From Promethearchaeati archaeon SRVP18_Atabeyarchaeia-1 (GTDB lineage: Archaea; Asgardarchaeota; Atabeyarchaeia; Atabeyarchaeales; Atabeyarchaeaceae), in assembly GCA_037308085.1 (NCBI GenBank), contig CP147779.1, positions 224,001 through 288,000 of the forward strand: 64,000 nucleotides of DNA, given 5' to 3'. Below the pieces are notes generated by a model that did no database searches, had not been told where the DNA came from, and saw only the letters and a program-made list of their open reading frames with translations. The position numbers and the translations under genes were made by a program. Position 1 is the stretch's first letter, and the number at the start of each line of letters is the position of its first letter. Shown here piece by piece: positions 46,493-56,737 of this stretch.

Positions 46493-47851
46493 ATGTTAGA
46501 GGGTGATGCGGTTAAGGAGTATTTGAAGCGGACACCGATGTCCAAGAAGCTATTTGAAGAAGCATTGAAGTATTCGCCTGGTGGTGTGAGTCACAACATC
46601 CGCTATTTCCGGCCCTATCCGTTTTTTGTGAAAAGAGCGGAGGGCTCGCGCCTGATAGATGTTGACAATAATGCCTACACAGATTACTGGATGGTTCATA
46701 TGTCTGCCATCCTCGGGCATGCACACCCAGAGATCATTAGAGCCATTTCTCGACAGATCCCCATGGGCTTTCACTATGGGACGGCAAATGAGGTAAGTGT
46801 AGACCTTGCGGAGACGATCTGCAGGAATCTGCCGTCCGCTGAGATGTTGAGGTTCTGCAATAGCGGATTGGAAGCAACTAGTTATGCTGTAAGGCTCGCC
46901 AGAGGTTACACGAGCAAGAAGTATATTGTAAAGATGATCGGGGGATGGCATGGAGGAAATGAGTTGCAGGTTGCAGTAACACCGCCTTTTGACAAACCTG
47001 AATCGAAGGGTATCCTCGATGAGCAATCAAAGTTCATTGTTTCAGTTCCCTTTAACGACATAGAGGGAACTTCAAGTTCTATAAACAAGCTCTCCGGCGA
47101 GATTGCTGGGATCATAGTCGAGCCCGTGCTGGGCTCAGGCGGATGTATCCCTGCTGACCTTGAGTACTTGAAATCTCTGCGGGAGCTTGCCCACGATAAT
47201 GATGCTTTGCTGATATTCGACGAAGTAATAACCGGTTTCAGAGTCGCACTCAACTCGGCGCAAGGTTACTTCCACGTGAAACCTGATCTTACAACATTGG
47301 GCAAGGTGATAGGCGGCGGATTCCCGATAGGTGCGCTGGCCGGAAGGAAGGAAATCATGAATCTCGCTGATCATACCCACGCAACGGGAAAGGGGGAATA
47401 TGTGTGGATTGGCGGAGGGACCTTCTCGATGAACCCAATGTCAATGACAGCAGGTCTTGCCACCCTTAGGTTCCTAATCGAAAACCCGAAGCTCTATGAC
47501 CATATCGGAAGACTCGGAGAAAGGGCCCGCACCGAAGTCGATAGGCAATTCGCCGACCGCGGGATCCCTACAAAGAGTACTGGCATGGGTTCCCTGCTCC
47601 AGACACATTTCCTACGCGAAGAAGGGCTCTGCATGAAGAATGCTGAGGACAAAAGCATTAACACGCTAAAGGAGAAGCAGTCCAAATACCACTTCAGGCT
47701 ACTCGTTAATGGAATCTTCTTCCTTCCAGAACACGAAGGGGCCATCTCCGCTGCGCATAATGAAAGGGACATTGAGAGGCTTGCGGAGGCATCTGGCAAG
47801 ATCGCGGATGAAATGTTAGTAGAAGAGAAGTCCCTCCAGTCACGAGACTAG
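46493..47851 (+). CDS. Class III PLP aminotransferase, glutamate-1-semialdehyde aminomutase-like
   Basis: NSGLEA, IFDEVITGFR, LGKVIGGGFP, GGTF. Confidence 0.85.
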   Translation: MLEGDAVKEYLKRTPMSKKLFEEALKYSPGGVSHNIRYFRPYPFFVKRAEGSRLIDVDNNAYTDYWMVHMSAILGHAHPEIIRAISRQIPMGFHYGTANEVSVDLAETICRNLPSAEMLRFCNSGLEATSYAVRLARGYTSKKYIVKMIGGWHGGNELQVAVTPPFDKPESKGILDEQSKFIVSVPFNDIEGTSSSINKLSGEIAGIIVEPVLGSGGCIPADLEYLKSLRELAHDNDALLIFDEVITGFRVALNSAQGYFHVKPDLTTLGKVIGGGFPIGALAGRKEIMNLADHTHATGKGEYVWIGGGTFSMNPMSMTAGLATLRFLIENPKLYDHIGRLGERARTEVDRQFADRGIPTKSTGMGSLLQTHFLREEGLCMKNAEDKSINTLKEKQSKYHFRLLVNGIFFLPEHEGAISAAHNERDIERLAEASGKIADEMLVEEKSLQSRD

Positions 47852-48576
47852 CGAGCTTTCACTTTCCTTTTTTCTATTTTCTCTGACTTCTCTGTCTTCA
47901 AGTTGAACGGTTTTCCCTCATTAAGTACCTTCTCAGGTATCCTGGCCGACCATCTCGTCAGAAATGCAACATCCTCATCCGCATTCCTCAGGTCGTCCGG
48001 TAATAAGTGGGGTATGGTTTCGATCACAGGATACCATCGCTGGCATTTCTTGCACGTAATCAATGCTTCCTCCACCTCTGTCAGGAAGAAGTACCAATTC
48101 AGCAGGTGTATATCTGGGAGTATCCCCTGAAACACCTTCTTCAGTTCGTCCAAGCTGACCTTTGTTGACGCCGCTCCAAACTGCTTGGCTGTTTTGCCCA
48201 CGGTGTCTGTTACCTTGGCCTTGACTTGTTCAAGAACCTTGGTCGCCGGCGACGCAGTCGCATCGTCTATTGATTGGGCTGAGGCAACCTTCTCGTTGAC
48301 AATTCGCAGGTATTCTGCGAGCGGTTTCTTTTCGCGCGAAAATTCATCTTCAATCTGGAGCTGATCGCCCTCATCCATCTTTACGCATTTCTCCTTCTTT
48401 CCATTGGGGAGAGTCAATATACAGCTGTCCTCAAGAACAGAGAGCTGACGATTCGTGAAGGCCGATCCAACCTTCGAGAAGTCCTTCTGGTCAGTCTCCC
48501 AGTTGAGGATTCTAAGATCCAGTGGATAGTGCTTGCAAATCGGGCAGGCCAGTATGTCAAGAAGCCATATTCTCAT
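47848..48576 (-). CDS. Trm112-like protein with large internal insertion
   Basis: LLDILACPICK...LITCKKCQRWYPVIETIPHLLPD. Confidence 0.8.
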   Translation of the reverse strand: MRIWLLDILACPICKHYPLDLRILNWETDQKDFSKVGSAFTNRQLSVLEDSCILTLPNGKKEKCVKMDEGDQLQIEDEFSREKKPLAEYLRIVNEKVASAQSIDDATASPATKVLEQVKAKVTDTVGKTAKQFGAASTKVSLDELKKVFQGILPDIHLLNWYFFLTEVEEALITCKKCQRWYPVIETIPHLLPDDLRNADEDVAFLTRWSARIPEKVLNEGKPFNLKTEKSEKIEKRKVKAR

Positions 48577-48588
48577 TTTGACCTTTCA

Positions 48589-49752
48589 CTACCTTTCTCT
48601 CTGATGAGATATAGCATTGCCTTGTGTTCTTATGACTTTCTCCCGCCCCACGGTTGAATGTGGCTCTAATCTTACCTCGGAACAAATCAAGGTATCTTCG
48701 CCTATTTTGCAGCCCGCCCCCAGTACGGCGTATCTCTCTATTCTGGTGTTCGAGCCAATCTCACATTTCTCGTCCAAAATGCACTTGTCGAGCGTGACCC
48801 TTGAATGAATCTCTGCTGAGCCTAAAACAGATGCCCCGTTCAAGTTTGACGATTCCCCCACGCTCACTCCGCGCTTCAATACCGTCCCTGGACGCACCGA
48901 TGCGCCCTTTCTAATCGTACACGAGTCCTCGATGTAGGCTGGACCTTGAATGGTGACTCCCTTCTCGAGGCTTGATCCATCCCCGATCCAGACGCGCCCC
49001 TTTATTGTAGCTTTGGCAATATCTGCTGTGGCAGAGATCGAGGTGGAGAGCTTGCTGAGAATCCATGCGGATGCTTCAAGGAAGCCTTCGACGCTTCCAA
49101 TATCTGTCCAGAACCCTTTTGCACGGTACCCATATAGAGGATTGCCTTTTTCCAAGATAGCCGGAAAGACTTCTCCTGCAAAGTCACATTGTCTATTTCT
49201 CGGGATCAGGTCAAGAGCCTCTGGTTCAAGAACGTACAATCCAGTGCTTATCAAATCGCTCTGAGTCTTCTGGGGAGGAGGCTTCTCCTGAAAACCCGTA
49301 ATTCTGTCGCTGCGACCTAACTTTACTACGCCATATTTCCATGGTTGCTTAACTTGAATTACACTCAGGGTTGCGAAAGCTTTTCTTTTCTTGTGGTATT
49401 CCAACTGTCTTGCCAAATCGATGTCCGTTATATTGTCTCCTTGAATCACGGCGAAAGTCTCGTCCAAGAATTGATCAGCATTCTTGACCGAGCCGGCGGT
49501 GCCCAGGGGGGTATCCTCTCTAGGGTACCTCATAGTGACCCCGAATCGTGAACCATCGCCAAAGTAGCTCTTGATCTGCTCCTCAAGGTAGTTAGCGGTG
49601 ACAATTATTTCGCGAAACCCTTGTTTTGAAAGCATTTCTATTAGATATTGTAGGACGGGTTTGGGTCCTATAGGTAGCATTGGTTTGGGTCGTGAATATG
49701 TGAGTGGACGCAGCCTTGTACCATAGCCACCTGCTAGAACCACCGCCTTCAA
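48589..49752 (-). CDS. NDP-sugar pyrophosphorylase with hexapeptide repeats
   Basis: LAGGYGTRLRPLT..PKP, LGTAG, WTDIG, LbH tail. Confidence 0.92.
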   Translation of the reverse strand: MKAVVLAGGYGTRLRPLTYSRPKPMLPIGPKPVLQYLIEMLSKQGFREIIVTANYLEEQIKSYFGDGSRFGVTMRYPREDTPLGTAGSVKNADQFLDETFAVIQGDNITDIDLARQLEYHKKRKAFATLSVIQVKQPWKYGVVKLGRSDRITGFQEKPPPQKTQSDLISTGLYVLEPEALDLIPRNRQCDFAGEVFPAILEKGNPLYGYRAKGFWTDIGSVEGFLEASAWILSKLSTSISATADIAKATIKGRVWIGDGSSLEKGVTIQGPAYIEDSCTIRKGASVRPGTVLKRGVSVGESSNLNGASVLGSAEIHSRVTLDKCILDEKCEIGSNTRIERYAVLGAGCKIGEDTLICSEVRLEPHSTVGREKVIRTQGNAISHQRER

Positions 49753-49832
49753 TCATTTGCCCCCTAACTGTATCTGTCCATGTAGAAGACACTCTGCTAA
49801 TGACATGGTCAACTTGACATGAGAATCAATAT

Positions 49833-50120
49833 TCACGTGCGCCTCTTCCTACTGATTTTGGAGGCTTTTGAATCCGAGGCATTAAGGTTTCTTGAAAAGT
49901 AGAACTTGACCAACAAGTTCCAAGCATAGAGCCAGATGAGGAGTACAAGGCCAGCAACAGCCAATTGGATTATGTTGATTATGAGCCTACCAGGTCCTCC
50001 AACAAACAACTGATCGATGGGTGGTATCAAAGAGTACTCTAGCGCAAAACAGAGAATCATTGTGAACCAGACGATTGAGATGATCAGTAGCAAACCAGCC
50101 ATGTACTTCCAGTTTGTCAT
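49833..50120 (-). CDS. Small two-TM membrane protein
   Basis: Two hydrophobic helices, basic tail; AGGTGA RBS. Confidence 0.7.
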   Translation of the reverse strand: MTNWKYMAGLLLIISIVWFTMILCFALEYSLIPPIDQLFVGGPGRLIINIIQLAVAGLVLLIWLYAWNLLVKFYFSRNLNASDSKASKISRKRRT

Positions 50121-50150
50121 TGCCGATTTTCACCTTTCTGCGCTAGTCGA

Positions 50151-51161
50151 CTAGAAGAACAGAATGACTGTCACTATTGCTAGAGCTGAGCTGAAGATTG
50201 AGAGAACTGACAACGCTCTGACAATCTCGTTTTCGTGCAGTGGTGTACTCGCAACCACCATTCTCGTCAGAGTCAGGGGGGCCCTTGTGTCTGGGTTGGC
50301 GGCTATTCGTTCATCATTACGGAGAAATGTTGGTCTCTGTCTAATCTCTCCTCTTTCAAATAACCTGCCTATGCTTGCCAAGCTGTGGTAGGAATTCATT
50401 ATGAAAGGTATCGCCGCGATGATCGTGACGACCTCAAGTCTGCCGATGATCGCTATAGCCGCGATCATTGATCCAACAGCCAGTGAACCCGTATCGCCAT
50501 CGAAGACCTTTGCTGGATATCTGTTGAAGAAGTAGTATCCTGCTAATGCGCTGACCAAGACTGCCGAGAGAACCATTCCCTCCGTCGATCCCAGAATCAC
50601 AGAGCATATGAGCAGGGCGACTGCCACAGGGATGCATGTGCTTGGCATTGCCCCGTTTAGGACATCTAACATGTTTACACCGTTTGCTGCCATGGCTGTG
50701 CCTACTGGAATCAGCAAGGGGTAGAATATCGGAAGCCTGGTCTTCCCGATAAAAGGAAAGATGGGAAAAGGAGAATAAGTCTGCAGCAAGAGAATTGGCC
50801 AGCAGGCTAGGGCAGTCAAAACTGGTTTAGTCTTTGCACCAAGTCTCTTGAAGTCGTCCAGCAAACCGATTATTGCGCCTGTTCCGATCATAAGCGCCGC
50901 TGAGAGTATCTCTACCTCTATCTCTGGGATAAGAAAAAATGCAAGGCCGCTTCCAATCAGTAGGGCCATTACTATGCCGATGCCGCCCATTTCTGGAATC
51001 TTTGGTTTCGATAGTTTGTGATAATCTATGCCCGTAATGCCAGATCTTTTCAGCTTTCTGATCAATAGGGGCATGGTTGTAATGGTGACCGCGAAAACAA
51101 TCATTGATATGACTGCGGTCACTAGGACCGAATAGATGTCAACTGTTCCTAGTGTATCCAT
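50151..51161 (-). CDS. aglH: UDP-GlcNAc:dolichol-phosphate GlcNAc-1-P transferase (AglH/ALG7, MraY superfamily)
   Basis: GIDYHK..IPEMGG, GLLDD, NMLDVLNG, YPAKVFDGDTG. Confidence 0.85.
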   Translation of the reverse strand: MDTLGTVDIYSVLVTAVISMIVFAVTITTMPLLIRKLKRSGITGIDYHKLSKPKIPEMGGIGIVMALLIGSGLAFFLIPEIEVEILSAALMIGTGAIIGLLDDFKRLGAKTKPVLTALACWPILLLQTYSPFPIFPFIGKTRLPIFYPLLIPVGTAMAANGVNMLDVLNGAMPSTCIPVAVALLICSVILGSTEGMVLSAVLVSALAGYYFFNRYPAKVFDGDTGSLAVGSMIAAIAIIGRLEVVTIIAAIPFIMNSYHSLASIGRLFERGEIRQRPTFLRNDERIAANPDTRAPLTLTRMVVASTPLHENEIVRALSVLSIFSSALAIVTVILFF

Positions 51162-51258
51162 CTCGTCATACCAACCTGTTCACTCTGGTCAACGCAGCTT
51201 GGAATTAATAGGCTATACTCTCTCCACAAATAAAACCATTGCCTACCTTAACGAGACA

Positions 51259-51819
51259 CTACTGCTTTAGTATCTCCCGCAGCGCACTCTCGATTTTGCC
51301 TGCAACTGTCTCAGTTGAATACTCTCTAAGAACCTTCTCTCGACCTTGAGAGGCTTTTCTCTTTCGGTAGGCGTCATCGGTTAGCACCTTGTAGAGCTTA
51401 TCAGAAAAGTCATTGATGTCCCCGACCTTTGCATAGACAACCGCATCTCCGTAGACTGATACTATTGACGGGATCCGGTAAGTAACCACAGGCTTGCCCT
51501 TTAGGAATGCTTCCCCAATTGTTAGCCCAAATCCCTCAAACTCACTTGTTGATATCAGCACATCGCATCCTTTCAGGAGCTGCTCCTTTCTCTTGTCTGA
51601 CACGCTGCCTAAGAAATGCGAGCCCTCAATCTGCCTTCCAGCTTCCTTTGCTTCCGCTAGTAGCGTCCCTTCCCCAATCATGTAGAGTTCGGCGTCTCCC
51701 AGTTTCTCTTTGATTTTCTTGATCACCGCCAGCGCATCTCTTGGCCTTTTGTTTGGCTCCATTCTCGAGATCCATAGTATCTTCTTCGTCATGGCCTCAT
51801 TCCTCGGGGAGTTCTTCAC
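51259..51819 (-). CDS. GT4 glycosyltransferase, C-terminal (donor-binding) domain only
   Basis: ISRMEPNK, EGFGLTIGEA..GKPVV. Confidence 0.85.
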   Translation of the reverse strand: MKNSPRNEAMTKKILWISRMEPNKRPRDALAVIKKIKEKLGDAELYMIGEGTLLAEAKEAGRQIEGSHFLGSVSDKRKEQLLKGCDVLISTSEFEGFGLTIGEAFLKGKPVVTYRIPSIVSVYGDAVVYAKVGDINDFSDKLYKVLTDDAYRKRKASQGREKVLREYSTETVAGKIESALREILKQ

Positions 51820-51824
51820 CGACT

Positions 51825-52442
51825 CTAATCAAGTATGTTGCCAACTGTAAATACCCTTTTAACCTTGAATCTCTTGAGCAAAGCGGAGGTATAACCACTA
51901 ACGGATAGAATGCCGTCGAAGTACTTCAAAATAGAATAGTTGGCAAATATCCTCAGGAGGGTACTGACTTTCTTTCTTAGTGAGGGGGCATAGCTAAGAA
52001 AGAGTCCTACCGTTTCCGGAACATCATGGTGAAACTCAACAACCTTCTTTCCCAGCAACTTCGCCATAACTAAGACGGGGAAAGTTATCGGCCCTGCATT
52101 TACCAAGATGACGTCGAAGCTCTTTGAAACCTTTATCATTAACGGGAGTAGTTTCAACGAGAAGAGAGGGTAACGAATATATCCCGTTGTTTGTGGAACC
52201 TTAATTCGCAGCTCATTACTTCTTCTTCCCAGGATCTCTTCTGTTTTTCCGGTGTTCATTACCAAGAGAATCTTGTCGTTTCTTTCACGTAGTTTTCGGC
52301 AGAGACGGATGAATGTTAGCCTCCCTCCTGCAGCACGAATAGAGTCATCGGATATCGCCAGAATTCTCAATCCGTTATCCAAGTCAGTCAAGACTCCATC
52401 AAACATCTTAGATGTCAGTTGCTTCGGCTCCTCGGAGCACAC
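51825..52442 (-). CDS. GT4 glycosyltransferase, N-terminal domain only
   Basis: RILAIS..AAGG, FDVILVN, VVEFHH, LSVSGYT, VGNILD. Confidence 0.75.
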   Translation of the reverse strand: MCSEEPKQLTSKMFDGVLTDLDNGLRILAISDDSIRAAGGRLTFIRLCRKLRERNDKILLVMNTGKTEEILGRRSNELRIKVPQTTGYIRYPLFSLKLLPLMIKVSKSFDVILVNAGPITFPVLVMAKLLGKKVVEFHHDVPETVGLFLSYAPSLRKKVSTLLRIFANYSILKYFDGILSVSGYTSALLKRFKVKRVFTVGNILD

Positions 52443-53353
52443 TCATCTTTCTCTGCCTGAGCATTCTGTGACTTTGCCCAGAAGATTAGGTCCTCGACCG
52501 ATGGCTCACTCATGGTTACCCCGGTCAGCGAGCTCATTTTGACCAAGTCTCTCAAGATATCGATCTTGTCCTCGTCCTTTTGTACATAGAACGTCACATC
52601 AGAACTGTCAGGCTTTCTTCTGTAGCTGTTGCAAAGAGAGTTGAGAGTCTTGTCGCTTTGATTCGAGCCAAACGATGCCTCAATGGCGGTCTTGAACTTA
52701 AGCTTCTTGATCAAATCATCCACTCCACCCGAGAGAACAATTCTCCCTTCATTCAGAACGATGCATCTATCTATTGTCTTCCTGGCGAAGGACATGTCAT
52801 GGGTCGCGACTAGGGAGACGATTCCTTCCTCGATCATGAGATCAGAGAGAACGATCCTGTTCGCGACGTCGAGGTTGGCCGTTGGTTCATCGAGAAGTAG
52901 AAGCTTAGGATGTCTACCCAACGCGACTGCAACAGTCAGTATGACTCGCTCTCCATACGATAGATACCCCCACCACTTGTTCCATATGTTACTTACTCCA
53001 CATTTCTTGACTATCTCCCGAACTCGCTCAACATCGACTCCGGCTACGCGCCGATAGAAATTCGCTATTTCGGCCGCAGTGAATCTGTCGTGGTAGTTTA
53101 GCTCAGGGGAGACGAATCCTAATAGCCGCCGAACAGCTCGGTCACGCTTGACTACATCCATCCCGAATACTTCACATTTGCCTTCATCCGGTAGAAGCAT
53201 TGTTCCTACTATTCTGAGCAATGTCGTCTTACCGGAGGCGTTTGGTCCCAAAACCCCAAAGATCTCTCCTTCACCTACTTCGAACCCAACGTGTGAAAGG
53301 ATCCTCTTCCCTCCAGCCGTCTTGCCTATGTCATCAGCAACGATAACTGGCAT
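52415..53353 (-). CDS. ABC transporter ATP-binding protein
   Basis: GPNASGKT, LSYGE, LLLDEPT. Confidence 0.93.
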   Translation of the reverse strand: MPVIVADDIGKTAGGKRILSHVGFEVGEGEIFGVLGPNASGKTTLLRIVGTMLLPDEGKCEVFGMDVVKRDRAVRRLLGFVSPELNYHDRFTAAEIANFYRRVAGVDVERVREIVKKCGVSNIWNKWWGYLSYGERVILTVAVALGRHPKLLLLDEPTANLDVANRIVLSDLMIEEGIVSLVATHDMSFARKTIDRCIVLNEGRIVLSGGVDDLIKKLKFKTAIEASFGSNQSDKTLNSLCNSYRRKPDSSDVTFYVQKDEDKIDILRDLVKMSSLTGVTMSEPSVEDLIFWAKSQNAQAEKDECAPRSRSN

Positions 53354-53367
53354 ACGATCATGGCACC

Positions 53368-54210
53368 TCACAATGTCCACAGTGTTCCTCTCTTCTTGGC
53401 AACTCTGACGCCTCTTTTCAGGATGAGATAACCAGCAGCTAACGCTGAAACTGCTATTAGAGGCGCCACAACGAAATATAGCGGCAGGCTGCTAGGCAGA
53501 TTCGGTTTTAGAAGTGCGTAACGGGTCACTGTAAGAAGGTAGTACGTGGGAAGCAAGTACTTCAACACGCTGAAAGGATAGGGTATAACGTCCGTGCTGA
53601 AAGTGAGACCACTAAGGAGGGCAATAGCGTCGTACACTGCTCTCTCCAAAGTTGATATGTGTTTGTAAATGACGTAGAGACCCAGAAACAGTAGAGCGAA
53701 CGCGAAGAAAAACAACCACGATATGACGTACAGAAACACTATGGAAACCAGAGATGCAAAGCTGATCGCTAGGTTGACACCAATAATACCCAAGGTAACT
53801 ATAAATGGTATCGAGAAAAGCAAGGCGTTCAGCGTCTGCATAATCGCGTACCCCAATGCAAGTTCAACGAAGCTTGCACCGTACACATAGAGCGTCAATA
53901 CATTCTTCCGCTGCATATCATAGTAGAAGTCAGAGACCACATTATAGAAGGAGCCTGAAACCGAGACCCACACTATGTAACCACTCAGCAGAAAATACGC
54001 ATAGCTGACCCCCGAGAACTCGGTGCCTTGGATTGACACAAAGACGCCAACCAGAATTGCGTAGAGTGAATCCTTCAGTGATGGGAATAGTCTGTAGAGG
54101 TAGTCCACAGGGTATTTGCTCTGCATTTTCAAATTGCGATGAGTAATCCCCCAGACAACCCCGAGGCGCCTGCGTATAATTGGGAACCAATTGCGCAATT
54201 CACTCACCAC
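53368..54210 (-). CDS. ABC-2 type permease
   Basis: Six TM helices, LSGLTF..LPTYY. Confidence 0.88.
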   Translation of the reverse strand: MVSELRNWFPIIRRRLGVVWGITHRNLKMQSKYPVDYLYRLFPSLKDSLYAILVGVFVSIQGTEFSGVSYAYFLLSGYIVWVSVSGSFYNVVSDFYYDMQRKNVLTLYVYGASFVELALGYAIMQTLNALLFSIPFIVTLGIIGVNLAISFASLVSIVFLYVISWLFFFAFALLFLGLYVIYKHISTLERAVYDAIALLSGLTFSTDVIPYPFSVLKYLLPTYYLLTVTRYALLKPNLPSSLPLYFVVAPLIAVSALAAGYLILKRGVRVAKKRGTLWTL

Positions 54211-54301
54211 TATGAACTGGAACTCTCGGGATGAATTCAGCTAGGGGCATCTTTTCCTAAGAGAGATATCCTTGGATTTAAATATGGGGCTTCCATTCGC
54301 A

Positions 54302-55471
54302 TCATTCTTCTTCTGTGCCTGATATTCGCCTTCTCGTCCAAAAAGGCAACACAGAATCTGGAACCTTCCTTATTATTCTTTGATTCCACAAGCGCTCCCT
54401 CCAGAAGTACCGAAAGTGAGCCACATTCCACAGATAGGCATGAATGGTCGGCCCCAAGGCAGTCGAGCTTAGATCGGGTCTCCATTTATCCGAGAAGCGC
54501 CTTGCTACGGCATTCTTAAGCGCCAATAGAATTCGTCTGAAAATATCGTTCAAAAAGCGAATCACCAGATATCGAGCCAAGTTTCGGTCATCATAATTCT
54601 TTATCAGCATAGCGATCTGATTCTTCTTCTTGACATAGAGGACCTTTGGGAGCCTTTGTCTGTTCATGGTCCTGCCACCGGCATGGTACACAATAGAATT
54701 TGGGGAATAAAGCACCTTGTAACCTGCCAAATTGACTCTCCAGCCAAGGTCAGTATCTTCGTAGTAGATGACGAATTTCGGATCAAATAATCCAACTTGC
54801 CTAACAACATCGGTCTTGATCATAAGAGCGGCTCCTTTGGCGTAGAAGATCTCAAGGTCATCATCATATAGGCGCCGGTCTATTTCCCATGCCCCCCTGT
54901 CTCCACCAGCGCCCATACGGGTTACCATGCCTCCAGCGGAGTCCAGCATTTTGGTGTTGTCCATGCACATTACCTTGCTCTGCAACATTCCGACGCGGGC
55001 ATGCTCTTTCTTGCCCTGCTTGACTATTTCAGTGAGAAACTCTTTGTGGACAGTCGTATCGTTGTTCAATAGATAGATGTACTCAGGGTCAAGGTTCTCG
55101 AGGGCATATCTTGCGCCAATGTTGTTTCCGCCAGAGAAACCGTAGTTCTTCTCATTCTTGATGAGAATTGGGCACGTGCCCCTCTCGGCTTTTTTCATCG
55201 ACTCATCTCGCGCAGAGTCTGCCCTAGTTTTATCGTGTTTGGCGTACGCCAGTGGATCGACAACTGCGTTGTCGACGTAGGGGTTCGACACAACCCTTAT
55301 TCCTGGTCCAGCCCAAGACCTTATTCTCTTTAGTGAGTCATCTTGAGAGCCGTTGTCGACAATAATAACATCATAGTTTGAGTAGTCGATCTTATCCAGT
55401 GACTCCAAGCACTTCAAGGTGTCTTGCCAATTGTTCCAATTCAGAATGATTATTGAAACCCTTGGGTTCAT
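54302..55471 (-). CDS. GT2 glycosyltransferase
   Basis: IILNWN, VDNGS, NYGFSGGNN, LNND, YYEDTD. Confidence 0.92.
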   Translation of the reverse strand: MNPRVSIIILNWNNWQDTLKCLESLDKIDYSNYDVIIVDNGSQDDSLKRIRSWAGPGIRVVSNPYVDNAVVDPLAYAKHDKTRADSARDESMKKAERGTCPILIKNEKNYGFSGGNNIGARYALENLDPEYIYLLNNDTTVHKEFLTEIVKQGKKEHARVGMLQSKVMCMDNTKMLDSAGGMVTRMGAGGDRGAWEIDRRLYDDDLEIFYAKGAALMIKTDVVRQVGLFDPKFVIYYEDTDLGWRVNLAGYKVLYSPNSIVYHAGGRTMNRQRLPKVLYVKKKNQIAMLIKNYDDRNLARYLVIRFLNDIFRRILLALKNAVARRFSDKWRPDLSSTALGPTIHAYLWNVAHFRYFWRERLWNQRIIRKVPDSVLPFWTRRRISGTEEE

Positions 55472-55558
55472 CGTCTTCTTGTCACTGCCCCTTTGCACGT
55501 GCAATCTGCATGAGACATTAGCGTCATAGACTCTTACTGTTAGAAATCTCTCCAACGT

Positions 55559-56629
55559 CTAGCTGACTTCTGAAGCAATAGGCTTGCCCTTTCCGATGAA
55601 GGTTTGATACATCCTATCTGCGCACGACTTGGCGTCAAACAGCTGCAGCACCCTGCTTCTGGCCTTGTGGGAAAGAGCTGCACCCTTATCTGGATTTCTC
55701 GCTACCCATTCAATAGCTCTTGCAATATCCGTCTCAGACTTTTCGTTGATGAGGATTCCGCAATTTCCGATCACGTCAGGAATTGCGCCCGTTCTAGTTC
55801 CAATAACGACTCTGCCGTAGGCCATCGCCTCGATCAAAGCCATACCCAATTGCTCGGCCCAACCACCAACGACTAGGGATGGCATGACGAAGATATTTGA
55901 CCAATTGTAGAATTCGTGAAGTCTATCTCGTTTGACGAAGGGGACAACCTGCAGTTTCCTTCCCAGCTTCAGGTTAGATGCTAATGCCTCAAACTTTGAT
56001 GTTTCTCCTTCTCCAACAATCTTGGCCTCAAAAGGCATCTTTAGATGAGATAGCCCTCTGAGTAAGTAAGTCAATCCTTTCTCCTCAGCCAGTCTACCCA
56101 CATAGAGTATTCGTGGCATATCCCAGGAAGATTGGGTACCCTTGAATCTCAGGGAATCTACTCCAAAGGGTATCACATAGATCTTCGTTGCGGGAAAGCC
56201 GAGGTGGACCCAAACCCTTGCTGTGGAGGGGACAGGCACGACTAGTCTAGTGAGCCTCTTCATAAGCGGCATCACTTTCGCTCGCTTGAGAACAATGTTC
56301 TGGAAAGCATAGGAATACACCTTTGGATGAATCATCGAGATTGCGAAGCTATGCCGGTAGTACACCTCGACTGGCACTACGACATCTGGCCTTGACTTCA
56401 GGATGTGAGCAACCATTCTAATAGCAAGCCTGTTCGGAGAAGATGTGCCAAGCTTGGTTATGTGGTTAAAAGCTATGCCTTCAGCCTCGAATATCCTTCT
56501 ATTCTGGTTATCTCTCGCTGGCGAGTCACCATAACCAACTATCTCGACTTCTGCCATCTTAGCCAGGTACTTGAGCGTATCAACCATCGTTGGATTGAGA
56601 CCGGCAATCGTAACCAAGGCAACTTTCAA
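55559..56629 (-). CDS. GT4 glycosyltransferase
   Basis: YVGRLAEEKG, EQLGMALIEAMA. Confidence 0.92.
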   Translation of the reverse strand: MKVALVTIAGLNPTMVDTLKYLAKMAEVEIVGYGDSPARDNQNRRIFEAEGIAFNHITKLGTSSPNRLAIRMVAHILKSRPDVVVPVEVYYRHSFAISMIHPKVYSYAFQNIVLKRAKVMPLMKRLTRLVVPVPSTARVWVHLGFPATKIYVIPFGVDSLRFKGTQSSWDMPRILYVGRLAEEKGLTYLLRGLSHLKMPFEAKIVGEGETSKFEALASNLKLGRKLQVVPFVKRDRLHEFYNWSNIFVMPSLVVGGWAEQLGMALIEAMAYGRVVIGTRTGAIPDVIGNCGILINEKSETDIARAIEWVARNPDKGAALSHKARSRVLQLFDAKSCADRMYQTFIGKGKPIASEVS

Positions 56630-56737
56630 GATAGTTGGGCCACCTCCTTCTCGATTCGATTTATGAATGCGCCATATACGGTATAATCTGCAGCCAGAGT
56701 GTCTCTGGACAGCTCTGAAGACCATTAGAGATAGGGT

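Noticed and set aside
51790-51840. BHB intron joining the two GT4 halves
   Set aside because: No 4-bp helix flanked by 3-nt bulges could be built
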